From: an uncultured Candidatus Saccharibacteria bacterium
GTDB lineage: Bacteria; Patescibacteriota; Minisyncoccia; Minisyncoccales; JAGGXC01
Direction: 5' to 3'
DNA length: 40,881 bases
NCBI GenBank assembly: GCA_964391535.1
Contig: CAYMMJ010000001.1
Coordinates: forward strand, 1-40,881
Below, piece after piece: positions 16,147-24,768 of this stretch. How positions within the stretch are numbered: the stretch's first letter is position 1; each line of letters begins with the position of its first letter. The position numbers were made by a program, and so were the translations under genes. The notes below the pieces were generated by a model. The model saw only the letters and a program-made list of their open reading frames with translations. It had not been told where the DNA came from and made no database searches.

Positions 16147-17937
16147 ATGGATTCCAAAGAGATACGGAAGAAGTTTTTAGATTTTTTTAAAGAAAACGGG
16201 CATAAGATAGTGCCTTCTTCTTCGCTTATTCCTGCAGATCCAAGCGTGTTATTTACCACCGCTGGAATGCAGCAATTTTCTTTATATCTGGCGGGTGAAA
16301 AAGATGTGTTAAAAGATTTTGGAACAAGGCATCTTGCTTCTTGTCAAAAATGTGTTCGCACAGGCGATATCGAAAATATTGGGGACGATACTCATCATGT
16401 TTTTTTTGAGATGCTCGGTAATTGGTCTGTGGGAGAAGACGAGAATGGATATTTCAGGGAAGGATCGATTAAATATGCTTTAGAATTTTTACTGGATCGT
16501 TTGGGCTTAGACAAGAACCGCCTTTGGGTTACTATTTTCAAAGGAGAGAAGAATATTCCTCGAGACAATGAAGCATTTAATCTTTGCAGGAAAGCGGGGT
16601 TTTCTAAAGAAAGGATACTTGAATTTGGAATGGAAGATAATTTTTGGGGACCGGTATCAGAAACAGGTCCATGCGGGCCATGCCTTGAGATTTTTTATGA
16701 TAGGGGAGAAGAGTTTGGATGCGGGAGACCAGGTTGCGGTCCTAATTGTCCACGGTGCAAGAGATTTGCGGAGTTGTGGACATTGGTCTTTATGGAGTAT
16801 CTCAAAACCCAAAAAGGGGAGTATATTCTTTTAGATCAGAAAAATGTAGATACGGGAATGGGACTTGAGCGATTAACGGCCATATTAAATAACAAACCTT
16901 CTGCTTACGAAACAGATCTTTTCTTGCCTCTGATTTCTAAAATAGAAAGCTTGTCTGGCAGAAAATATCAGGAAAATAAAAGGATTTTTAGGATTCTTGC
17001 CGATCATATCAGAGCTTCTGTTTTTATAGCAAGCGAAGGGATTGTTCCTTCTAATGTAGAAAGGGGATATATTTTAAGAAGACTTTTAAGAAGAATGATG
17101 AGGTTTGGAAGAATGCAGGGATTGAAAAACGGATTTTTGATTGATTTAGGTAAGATAGTAATTGAAAATTATCGTGATATTTATCCGGAAGTGCAGTCTT
17201 ATCAAGCCGATATTTTAACTGTATTTCAGAATGAAGAAGAGAAGTTTGCCAGGACCTTGGAAAGAGGTATAAAGGAAACTATCTCAATTCTTGCACAAGG
17301 CGATATAGAAGGGAAAGATGCTTTTCGGATATACGAAACATATGGTTTTCCTTTAGAGATGATAGAAGAAATTGCAAGAGAAAAAGGAAGGAAGATAAAA
17401 AATAAAGAAAGTTTTCAGGAAGCATTTAAAAAACATCAGGAAATTTCACGTGCCGGGGCTGAGAAGAAATTCGGCGGTATAGGAAAGGGAGCAAGTTATG
17501 AAGCGACAAAGCTTCATACTGCCACTCATCTTCTTCATCAAGCCCTTCGGAAAGTTTTGGGAAATCATGTTCGTCAGATGGGTTCGGATATAAATTCTCA
17601 AAGACTTCGTTTTGATTTCTCACATCCTCAAAAACTAACACCGCAAGAAGTGAAAAAAGTAGAGGATATAGTTAACCAGAAAATTAGAGAAGATTTAGAA
17701 GTAAAGAAGGAAGAGATGACTTATGAACAAGCAGTTAAATCAGGAGCGCTGGCTTTTTTTAAAGAAAAATATCCTCCGCGTGTTAGCGTTTATTCAATAG
17801 GTAAATTCTCTAAAGAGATTTGCGCCGGTCCTCATGTGAAAAGAACTTCTGAATTAGGTCATTTTAGGATTATTAAAGAAGAAAGCTCGGGAGCGGGAGT
17901 GAGGAGGATACGTGCTGTTTTAGAAAAAAACAATTAA
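16147..17937 (+). CDS. alaS: Alanine--tRNA ligase, minimal form (596 aa)
   Basis: FTTAGMQQF, HHVFFEMLGNWS, GPCGPCLEIFYD and VDTGMGLERL catalytic motifs. HTATHLLHQAL and CAGPHV editing-core motifs. The protein ends right after GVRRIRAV. Confidence 0.93.
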   Translation: MDSKEIRKKFLDFFKENGHKIVPSSSLIPADPSVLFTTAGMQQFSLYLAGEKDVLKDFGTRHLASCQKCVRTGDIENIGDDTHHVFFEMLGNWSVGEDENGYFREGSIKYALEFLLDRLGLDKNRLWVTIFKGEKNIPRDNEAFNLCRKAGFSKERILEFGMEDNFWGPVSETGPCGPCLEIFYDRGEEFGCGRPGCGPNCPRCKRFAELWTLVFMEYLKTQKGEYILLDQKNVDTGMGLERLTAILNNKPSAYETDLFLPLISKIESLSGRKYQENKRIFRILADHIRASVFIASEGIVPSNVERGYILRRLLRRMMRFGRMQGLKNGFLIDLGKIVIENYRDIYPEVQSYQADILTVFQNEEEKFARTLERGIKETISILAQGDIEGKDAFRIYETYGFPLEMIEEIAREKGRKIKNKESFQEAFKKHQEISRAGAEKKFGGIGKGASYEATKLHTATHLLHQALRKVLGNHVRQMGSDINSQRLRFDFSHPQKLTPQEVKKVEDIVNQKIREDLEVKKEEMTYEQAVKSGALAFFKEKYPPRVSVYSIGKFSKEICAGPHVKRTSELGHFRIIKEESSGAGVRRIRAVLEKNN

Positions 17938-17938
17938 A

Positions 17939-19201
17939 ATGTCTTCAAAAGAAAACAAAAAAGAAGTAATTGATATTATTCCTCCAAATAGTTTCAGGAG
18001 ATCTTTTGAAACGTTTCCTAAAAAGAGGAACTGGGTTCCTATCTTTAAGTTTAGAAGAGTTGGGAAAAGAAAAATTCTTTCCTTGGTTGGAGTATTGTTT
18101 GTGATTTTAATTCTTTATTCTTTTATTAATGCAAAAGCCCAAGTGAGTGTTGTGCCAAAGATGGAGAAATTTAATTCTGAATTTGTTATTAATATTGATA
18201 AAGATATCGAGAAGGTAGATATTTTTACAGATACGATTCCGGGATACCTTCTGGAAGAAACAAACTCCCTTACTAAATCTTTTCCGGCTTCTGGGAAAAT
18301 TATCACTGCCAAGAAGGCAGAAGGAATTATTAGAGTTTATAACAACTATTCTACCCTTGCTCAACCATTACGGGCAAGTACCCGTTTTATGGCTGCTTCT
18401 GGCGAGATTTTCCGTACACCAACTCGAATAGTAGTTCCTGGCAAAAAAATAGAAAAAGGAAAAGAAGTGCCAGGATATCTAGATGTTAAAGTGGTTGCTG
18501 ATCAACCTGGTGAAGAATACAATATTGGGCCTACTACTTTTTCTATTCCAGGGCTTGTGGGAACTCCTCTTTATACAAAATTCTATGCAAAATCTTTCGA
18601 GCCAATGAAAGGAGGTTTTCGAGGAGAAAAACCTCAAGTTACAGAAGAAGATATTCAGCAAGCACAAGACTCAGTAGTGAATATTCTCAAAGAAGAAGGT
18701 AAGAAAGTAATTGAAAAAAAAGCGTCGGATTCCAACTCAGTTTTATTGAAAGAGGCTCTTTTTCAAGAAGTTCAATCGACTTCTTCTCCAGAGGTGGGGA
18801 CCCAGACAGACAAATTTGATTTTGAGGCGAAAACAAGGTCAATTGCCTTGGTGTTTAAAAAAGATGATTTAGAAAAATTAATAGAGGATAAACTCCCGGA
18901 AGGAAAAAAGATTTATAGTGATAGTTTAGAGTTTCATTGGGATCCTCAAAGTGTTGATTTTAAGTCAGGTAAAATGATAGTGAATTTAAAATTCGCAGGG
19001 AATATTTATCCTGCAATTGATTTAGATAATTTAAGGGAAAAAATTCTTGGGAAAAAGGTCCTTGAGGCAAGAAAAATACTCGAAGCCATGCAAGAGATTT
19101 CAAAAGCAGATATTAAGGTCCGCCCTTTTTGGAGAAAGAGATTACCATCTTCCCAGAAGAGGGTAAAGATAGAATTAGATTTAACCCAAAGGGTTGACTA
19201 A
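17939..19201 (+). CDS. Membrane-anchored hypothetical protein (420 aa)
   Basis: Single N-terminal hydrophobic helix (ILSLVGVLFVILILYSFINA) followed by a large hydrophilic domain. It starts 1 nt after alaS. A vague resemblance to baseplate-J-like proteins is a recollection only. Confidence 0.6.
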   Translation: MSSKENKKEVIDIIPPNSFRRSFETFPKKRNWVPIFKFRRVGKRKILSLVGVLFVILILYSFINAKAQVSVVPKMEKFNSEFVINIDKDIEKVDIFTDTIPGYLLEETNSLTKSFPASGKIITAKKAEGIIRVYNNYSTLAQPLRASTRFMAASGEIFRTPTRIVVPGKKIEKGKEVPGYLDVKVVADQPGEEYNIGPTTFSIPGLVGTPLYTKFYAKSFEPMKGGFRGEKPQVTEEDIQQAQDSVVNILKEEGKKVIEKKASDSNSVLLKEALFQEVQSTSSPEVGTQTDKFDFEAKTRSIALVFKKDDLEKLIEDKLPEGKKIYSDSLEFHWDPQSVDFKSGKMIVNLKFAGNIYPAIDLDNLREKILGKKVLEARKILEAMQEISKADIKVRPFWRKRLPSSQKRVKIELDLTQRVD

Positions 19202-19239
19202 GATATATTTTTTTGCTATCTTATAAGACAAGTTTCTAA

Positions 19240-19482
19240 ATGAATAAAAATACTCATTCTCAGAAAGAGAAAGAAAAAAAAGAATATGTGGAAGGAGTAG
19301 TGCTGGAGGCTCTGCCGAGTGCTTCTTTTAAAGTAAGGATTGAAGATGGTTCAGAAATTTTAGCGCATCTTTCTGGCAAGATAAGGCGTTTTCGGATTAA
19401 AATCTTGCCTGGCGACAGAGTAACAGTGGAAATGTCTCAATACGATAAAAGTAGAGGAAGAATTGTTTATAGAAAAAAATAA
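19240..19482 (+). CDS. infA: Translation initiation factor IF-1
   Basis: [59 protein letters not shown]. Short Lys/Glu-rich N-terminal extension. Confidence 0.95.
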   Translation: MNKNTHSQKEKEKKEYVEGVVLEALPSASFKVRIEDGSEILAHLSGKIRRFRIKILPGDRVTVEMSQYDKSRGRIVYRKK

Positions 19483-19525
19483 TCTTTTTCTTCACTGAAG
19501 TTGCTTTTTAGTTTATTTTTATATT

Positions 19526-19639
19526 ATGAAGGTTCGATCATCAGTTAAAAAAATTTGTAAAAATTGTAAGATCGTGCGGCGCAAAGGTCGGATTTATGTT
19601 ATTTGTAAGAACCCAAAGCACAAGCAAAGACAGGGATAA
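19526..19639 (+). CDS. rpmJ: 50S ribosomal protein L36 (bL36), zinc-binding form
   Basis: Not in the ORF track because it is under 60 aa. My translation is [37 protein letters not shown], 37 aa. It lies between infA and rpsM as expected. Confidence 0.93.
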   Translation: MKVRSSVKKICKNCKIVRRKGRIYVICKNPKHKQRQG

Positions 19640-19699
19640 TAATCTTTTTGTTCTTGAAATAAGTTATCAAATTTATTCTATTTAAGGATTTTTTATTTT

Positions 19700-20089
19700 A
19701 TGTTGCGTATCGGAGGAGTAAACATTCCTGATAATAAACAAATTGTTATTGGTTTAACCTATATTTATGGGGTAGGTTTGAGTTTGTCAAAAAAGATATT
19801 AAGCGAAGCAGGTATTGATCCTCAAAGAAGGGGAAAGGATCTTAAATCAGAAGAAGTTAATCGGCTAAAAGAAATTATTGAGAAACGATGTAAAACAGAA
19901 GGAGAATTAAGGCGAGAGAAAATGATGTCTATAAAAAGGTTAAAGGATATAGGTTGTTGGCGCGGAATCAGGCATATGAAAGGTTTACCTGTCAGAGGTC
20001 AACGGACAAGAACCAATAACCGGACTGTTAGAGGTAATGTAAGGAGAACAGTTGGTTCCGGTAAAAGAAAGGCTCCTGCTCCGAAGTAA
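19700..20089 (+). CDS. rpsM: 30S ribosomal protein S13 (uS13)
   Basis: RIGGVNIPDNKQIVIGLTYIYGVG...GLPVRGQRTRTN.RT. Confidence 0.96.
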   Translation: MLRIGGVNIPDNKQIVIGLTYIYGVGLSLSKKILSEAGIDPQRRGKDLKSEEVNRLKEIIEKRCKTEGELRREKMMSIKRLKDIGCWRGIRHMKGLPVRGQRTRTNNRTVRGNVRRTVGSGKRKAPAPK

Positions 20090-20115
20090 TGAATATATAA
20101 AAATATAAAAGCATT

Positions 20116-20568
20116 ATGGGAAAAAAGAGAATAATCAAAAAAAGTCAAGAAGAATTGTTGAAAGAAAGAGAAAAAATAGAAGAGAAACTGCGAAAAGAAG
20201 TTAAGATCAAAACTTCTAAGAAAGTTAGAGAGGGAAGGATTTATATAAAGTCTTCTTATAATAATACTTTAATAACTCTTACTGATTCTTCTGGCAATGT
20301 TTTATCAAGTAGCAGCGCCGGAAAAATTGGATTCAAAGGAACAAAAAAAGCTACTCCTTTTGCCGCTTCTCAAGTAGCCACAAAAATTTGCGAAAGTGCT
20401 AAAAAATTAGGAATAGAGAAAGTAAGTGTGTTTGTAAAAGGAATCGGCTCGGGTAGAGATTCTGCTTTGAGATCTCTAGCTGCTCATGGATTGGATATAA
20501 TTTTAATAAAAGATATTACTCCTATTCCTCATAACGGTTGTCGTCCTCCTAAAGTTAGGCGAGTTTAG
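20116..20568 (+). CDS. rpsK: 30S ribosomal protein S11 (uS11) with a Lys/Glu-rich N-terminal extension
   Basis: YIKSSYNNTLITLTD..GNVL...SAG..GFKG.KK.TPFAA...V.VKG.G.GR.SA.R.L...GL.I..I.D.TPIPHNGCRPPK.RRV. Confidence 0.95.
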   Translation: MGKKRIIKKSQEELLKEREKIEEKLRKEVKIKTSKKVREGRIYIKSSYNNTLITLTDSSGNVLSSSSAGKIGFKGTKKATPFAASQVATKICESAKKLGIEKVSVFVKGIGSGRDSALRSLAAHGLDIILIKDITPIPHNGCRPPKVRRV

Positions 20569-20579
20569 ATAATTAGAAT

Positions 20580-21233
20580 ATGGTTACTACTTCAAAACAA
20601 TCCAAATGTAAAATATGTAGAAGGTTGGGAACAAAACTCTTTCTTAAGGGAGAGAAATGTTTTTCTTCCAAATGTCCAATGGTTAGAAAGCCTTATCCTC
20701 CTGGTAAAAGAAAGAAAAGAAGAACTACAATGTCTGAATATAATAGAGAATTGAGAGAAAAACAAAAATTAAGAAACTGGTACAATTTAGAAGAAACCCA
20801 GTTTAAAAACTATGTCAAAGAAGTTCTTAAGAAAAGAGCACAGTCAGGATCAAAAGAAGGCAAAGATGCTCCTACTATCTTAATTCAAAAGTTGGAAACG
20901 AGATTCGACAATATTGTTTTCAGAATGGGATTTGCTAATTCTAGAGCGCAGGCTCGGCAGTTAATTTCTCACGGTCATTTTTTGATAAACAACAAAAAAG
21001 TTAATATCCCTAGCTACCAACTCAAGAAAGGAGATAAGGTGAGTATAGCTGAAAGTTCTCGGAAGAAAGGCGTTTTTAAAAACCTTGTTGCTCTTTTGAA
21101 GAAGAAACAAACACCTTCTTGGATTTCTTTAGACCCTCAAAAATTAGAAGGAACAATAAAATCCCTCCCTTCTTTAGAGGAGGTTGCTCCTCCAGTAGAA
21201 ATTTCTATGATTTTTGAGTTTTACTCTAGATAA
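20580..21233 (+). CDS. rpsD: 30S ribosomal protein S4 (uS4), zinc-binding form
   Basis: CKICRRLG...KCFSSKC N-terminal Cys cluster and S4 domain (RFDNIVFRMGFA.SRAQARQLISHGHF.IN.KKVNIPSY). Confidence 0.95.
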   Translation: MVTTSKQSKCKICRRLGTKLFLKGEKCFSSKCPMVRKPYPPGKRKKRRTTMSEYNRELREKQKLRNWYNLEETQFKNYVKEVLKKRAQSGSKEGKDAPTILIQKLETRFDNIVFRMGFANSRAQARQLISHGHFLINNKKVNIPSYQLKKGDKVSIAESSRKKGVFKNLVALLKKKQTPSWISLDPQKLEGTIKSLPSLEEVAPPVEISMIFEFYSR

Positions 21234-21278
21234 AATATAATTAATTTATAAAACAGTATTTTAATTAAAAATAAACAT

Positions 21279-22223
21279 ATGATTTTTTTACCCGGTAAAC
21301 CAAAAATTATTGAAAAAAAAGGTAAAAATTTAGCTATTTTTGAGATAGAAGGGCTTTATCCGGGTTACGGAGTTACTGTTGGGAATTCTTTAAGAAGGGT
21401 TCTTCTTTCGTCTTTGGAAGGAGCGGCTGCTACTAAAGTAAAAATTAAAGGAGTCCATCATGAATTTTCTACTATAGATGGCATTTTGGAAGATGTAATT
21501 GTAATTTGCCAGAATCTCAAACAGCTTAGATTCAAAATATACACTTCCGAGCCTCAAAAAGCTACATTGAAGGTTAAGGGAGAAAGAGAAGTAAAAGGGA
21601 AGGATTTTGAACTACCTTCTCAGGTAGAGTTAATTAACCCAGAAGCGCATATTGCTACCCTCACAAGCAAAAATGCGAGCTTGGAGATGGAAATCCAGAT
21701 TGAGAAAGGAATAGGTTATGTTCCTGTAGAACAAAGAGAAAAAGAGAAACTTGCTATAGGAGAGATTCAACTAGATGCTATTTTTACTCCCGTGAAGAGA
21801 GTTGCTTTTCACGTAGAAAATATGAGAGTTGGTAAAAGAACAGATTTTAATAAGCTTCAGATCGAAGTTGAGACGGATGGAACAATTTCTCCAGAAGAAG
21901 CATTAGCCAAAGCATCCGATATTTTAATGAGACATTTTTCTATGATTTCTGAAGAATTTTCAAAATCATCGGAATCTTTAGAAGAAAAGAAAACCCAAAA
22001 GGAAAAAGAAAAGAAAAGCAATTCTCCCACAGATATAAAAATAGATGATCTTAAACTTTCTGCTCGTACAGTTAGTGCCCTGTCTCAAAATGGTATTAAG
22101 ACGCTCGCCGGACTTTTAAGAAAGAAGGAGAAAGACTTACTGGCAATGAAAGGAATGGGCGAGAAGGGGGTAGGAGAAGTTAAGAAAGTAATTAAAAAAT
22201 TAGGCTTTGAACTAAAACAATAA
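21279..22223 (+). CDS. rpoA: DNA-directed RNA polymerase subunit alpha
   Basis: GYGVTVGNSLRRVLLSSLEGAA N-terminal domain, C-terminal HhH domain (LKLSARTVSALSQNGIKTLAGL), and position after rpsD. Confidence 0.96.
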   Translation: MIFLPGKPKIIEKKGKNLAIFEIEGLYPGYGVTVGNSLRRVLLSSLEGAAATKVKIKGVHHEFSTIDGILEDVIVICQNLKQLRFKIYTSEPQKATLKVKGEREVKGKDFELPSQVELINPEAHIATLTSKNASLEMEIQIEKGIGYVPVEQREKEKLAIGEIQLDAIFTPVKRVAFHVENMRVGKRTDFNKLQIEVETDGTISPEEALAKASDILMRHFSMISEEFSKSSESLEEKKTQKEKEKKSNSPTDIKIDDLKLSARTVSALSQNGIKTLAGLLRKKEKDLLAMKGMGEKGVGEVKKVIKKLGFELKQ

Positions 22224-22228
22224 TTTAT

Positions 22229-22576
22229 ATGAGAAAAAGAAAGAAAGGCAGAAAATTTAGCCGAAAAAAAGATCAAAGAGAAGCTTTTTTGAAAAGTCTT
22301 GTAAACAATTTAGTTTTAAAAGAAAGAATTAGAACAACCGAGAGCAGAGCTAAGGAAGTTACTAAAGTTTTACATAGATATATTTCAAAAGCCAAGAAAA
22401 TGGATTTGGCAAAGAGAAGGTTTTTGTTGCGGCATCTTTCTTCTCGGGCAGTGAAAAAGTTAGAAAAGGAAATTGCTCCTCGTTATGCTCAAAGGAAAGG
22501 CGGTTATACGAGGATTATTAAAGTAGGTCCCAGAAAAGGGGACAATGCTAAAATGGTGATAATAGAACTGGTATGA
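22229..22576 (+). CDS. rplQ: 50S ribosomal protein L17 (bL17)
   Basis: GRKFSRKKDQREAFLKSLVNNLVLKERIRTTESRAKEV...GGYTRI.K.GPR.GD.A.M.IIELV. Confidence 0.95.
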   Translation: MRKRKKGRKFSRKKDQREAFLKSLVNNLVLKERIRTTESRAKEVTKVLHRYISKAKKMDLAKRRFLLRHLSSRAVKKLEKEIAPRYAQRKGGYTRIIKVGPRKGDNAKMVIIELV

Positions 22577-22923
22577 TAAAAAGAAAAACCCATATTATAG
22601 ATGCGACTAATAAGGCATTGGGAAGACTTGCTTCTCGAATTTCTGTTTTGCTTCAAGGTAAGGATGAACCAGGTTTTCGGCCCCATGAGGATATGGGTGC
22701 TGTAGTGATAGTGAAAAATGTGGAGAAAATTAAAATAACTCCCAAGAAATTAAAGCAGAAAAAATATTATCGTCATAGTGGATTCTTGGGCGGATTAAAA
22801 GAAACCCCTCTTGAGAAGGTATTTAAGAAAAATCCAGCCGAAGTTCTAAGAAGGGCAGTTTTTGGTATGCTTCCCAAGAACAAATTAAGAGCAAAGAGAA
22901 TAAAAAGATTGAAATTTGAATAA
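22573..22923 (+). CDS. rplM: 50S ribosomal protein L13 (uL13), short form (116 aa)
   Basis: IIDATNKALGRLASRISVLLQGK...YYRHSGFLGGLKE...AVFGMLPKNKL. Both termini are shorter than in E. coli L13 (142 aa). Confidence 0.92.
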   Translation: MIKRKTHIIDATNKALGRLASRISVLLQGKDEPGFRPHEDMGAVVIVKNVEKIKITPKKLKQKKYYRHSGFLGGLKETPLEKVFKKNPAEVLRRAVFGMLPKNKLRAKRIKRLKFE

Positions 22924-22925
22924 AC

Positions 22926-23426
22926 ATGCCACGATCAAAAAAAGAAAAAACTCAACCCAAAAAGATAAAAAAGACTGCCAAAGCCCAGAAACCTTCTTCT
23001 AAAAAAGAAGAAGTTTCTAAGAAAAAAACTAAAGAAGAAAGATATTTTGAGGCAGTGGGAAGAAGAAAAACGGCTGTTGCCAGAGCTCGTCTTTGGCCAA
23101 AAGGAAAAGGAGAATTTATTGTAAACGGCAAACCATATCAAGAATATTTTCCTACCTTAGCATTACAAGATACAGCCACGTCAGCTCTTAAGAAAATGAA
23201 TTGTTTTGAGCAGTTTAGAACTCAGATTTTAGTAAAAGGAGGAGGAGTTAGCGCTCAAGCAGAGGCAGTGAGGCATGCAACTGCTCGAGCCCTTGTTTTG
23301 TTTAATTCAGAATTTAAGAAACGCCTTCGCAAGGCTGGATATCTTACACGTGATCCGCGAATGAAAGAAAGGAAAAAATTTGGATTAAAACGTGCCCGCC
23401 GAGCTCCTCAATGGCAGAAGAGATAA
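22926..23426 (+). CDS. rpsI: 30S ribosomal protein S9 (uS9) with a Lys-rich N-terminal extension
   Basis: AVGRRKTAVARARLWPKGKGEFIVNGK...GGG.SAQAEAVRHA.ARAL...LTRDPRMKERKKFGLKRARRAPQWQKR. Confidence 0.95.
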   Translation: MPRSKKEKTQPKKIKKTAKAQKPSSKKEEVSKKKTKEERYFEAVGRRKTAVARARLWPKGKGEFIVNGKPYQEYFPTLALQDTATSALKKMNCFEQFRTQILVKGGGVSAQAEAVRHATARALVLFNSEFKKRLRKAGYLTRDPRMKERKKFGLKRARRAPQWQKR

Positions 23427-23429
23427 ACT

Positions 23430-24131
23430 ATGCTTAAAGAAATTATTGACAAATATTATCAGGATAAAAGAGATGAGCGGGAGAAGAACAGGTTTTATAT
23501 TAGTGATGCTGGAAAGTGTCCGCGGCAGATATTTTTCAAATTCAAGAAAGCGCCTCGGAAGGAAATGGAGCCTCGGATATTAAGGATTTTTGACCAGGGC
23601 GATTATGTTCATTTAAGATTAATGAGAGATCTTTTCTCTTTGGGAATTGTTGTGGCGTCAGAAATTGATATTCCGCCTCAGCAGGATATCGGAGGAAGAG
23701 CCGATGCTATTGTGAGAATAAACAATGAATTGTATGTAGTAGACTTTAAGAGTATAAACAGCACCATTCTTCAAAAGATGGATAAGCCAAAAGAAGACCA
23801 TATTTTACAAGTTCAACTTTATCTTCATTTCTTTAACTTAAAAAAAGGAATTCTGCTTTATGAGGGAAAAGATAATTCAATGATGAAAGAGTTTTTGGTA
23901 GAGTACGATGAAAATAAAGTTAAAAAAGTTCTTGAAGATTTTAGTCGTCTTAAGGTAAATGTGGAAAAAAATTTGGTTCCTAAACAATTACCCGATTTTC
24001 CCAAGAATTGGCAATGTCAATACTGTCAGTTTAGAGAAATTTGCGAGTTAGCCGGGAAAGATAATATAAAGTGGGACGAGTTTAAAAAAATAATTGAAAA
24101 GCAGAAAAATCATCAAGAGGAAAACAAATAA
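23430..24131 (+). CDS. PD-(D/E)XK nuclease with Cas4/AddB-type four-Cys cluster (stand-alone Cas4-like)
   Basis: Cys30 plus C196-x2-C199-x5-C205. GRADAI (Asp92), VVDFK (Asp105-x-Lys107) and QVQLY (QxxxY) nuclease motifs. No CRISPR array or other cas genes in the window. Confidence 0.7.
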   Translation: MLKEIIDKYYQDKRDEREKNRFYISDAGKCPRQIFFKFKKAPRKEMEPRILRIFDQGDYVHLRLMRDLFSLGIVVASEIDIPPQQDIGGRADAIVRINNELYVVDFKSINSTILQKMDKPKEDHILQVQLYLHFFNLKKGILLYEGKDNSMMKEFLVEYDENKVKKVLEDFSRLKVNVEKNLVPKQLPDFPKNWQCQYCQFREICELAGKDNIKWDEFKKIIEKQKNHQEENK

Positions 24132-24132
24132 A

Positions 24133-24161
24133 AAACAGCCAGATACTTAAGCTGTTTTTTT
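24133..24161 (+). terminator. Intrinsic terminator (weak to moderate)
   Basis: AAACAGC (24133-24139) / GCTGTTT (24151-24157), 11-nt loop, T-run 24155-24161. Confidence 0.45.
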
Positions 24162-24176
24162 ATTTAGTGAAAAATT

Positions 24177-24752
24177 ATGTCAAAAAGACTCAGACGCAGT
24201 TTTTATCTTAGGTCAACATTGGTTGTTGCGCGCGAACTTTTGGGAAAATATTTGGTGAGAAAGACTCAGAAAGGTATAAAGAAAGGAAAAATTGTAGAGG
24301 TAGAAGCATATATTGGACCTAAAGACAAAGCCGCTCATACTTACGGAGGTAAAATTACTAAGAGAAATGAACCAGTATATTTAATAGGAGGGCATACCTA
24401 TATTTATTTATGCTATGGGATGTATTGGATGCTTAATTTAGTTACACAAGATAAGGGGATTCCTGAGTGTGTCCTTATTAGAGCAGTTGAACCAATTACT
24501 GACAAGAAATCCGTGTCTTCTGACTTAACTAACGGTCCAGGAAAACTTTGTCGCTGGTTAGAGATAGACAGGAATCTTAATAAAGAAGATTTGGTAAAAT
24601 CAAAAAGATTGTGGGTAGAAGAAGGCAGCGAAAGAACAAAAAAATCTCAGATTGCCTCGTCCAAGAGAATTGGTATTGATTATGCCAAAGAATGGGCTCA
24701 AAAACCTTGGAGGTTTTATTTAAAAGATAATATCTTTGTTTCAAGAAGATAA
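24177..24752 (+). CDS. mpg: DNA-3-methyladenine glycosylase (Mpg/AAG family)
   Basis: FY.RSTLVVARELLGKYLVR, GKIVEVEAYIGP.DKAAH, VYLIGGHTYIYLCYGMYWMLNLV, VLIRAVEP and GPGKLC motifs. Confidence 0.88.
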   Translation: MSKRLRRSFYLRSTLVVARELLGKYLVRKTQKGIKKGKIVEVEAYIGPKDKAAHTYGGKITKRNEPVYLIGGHTYIYLCYGMYWMLNLVTQDKGIPECVLIRAVEPITDKKSVSSDLTNGPGKLCRWLEIDRNLNKEDLVKSKRLWVEEGSERTKKSQIASSKRIGIDYAKEWAQKPWRFYLKDNIFVSRR

Positions 24753-24768
24753 AAAATGTCTGGGTTTT

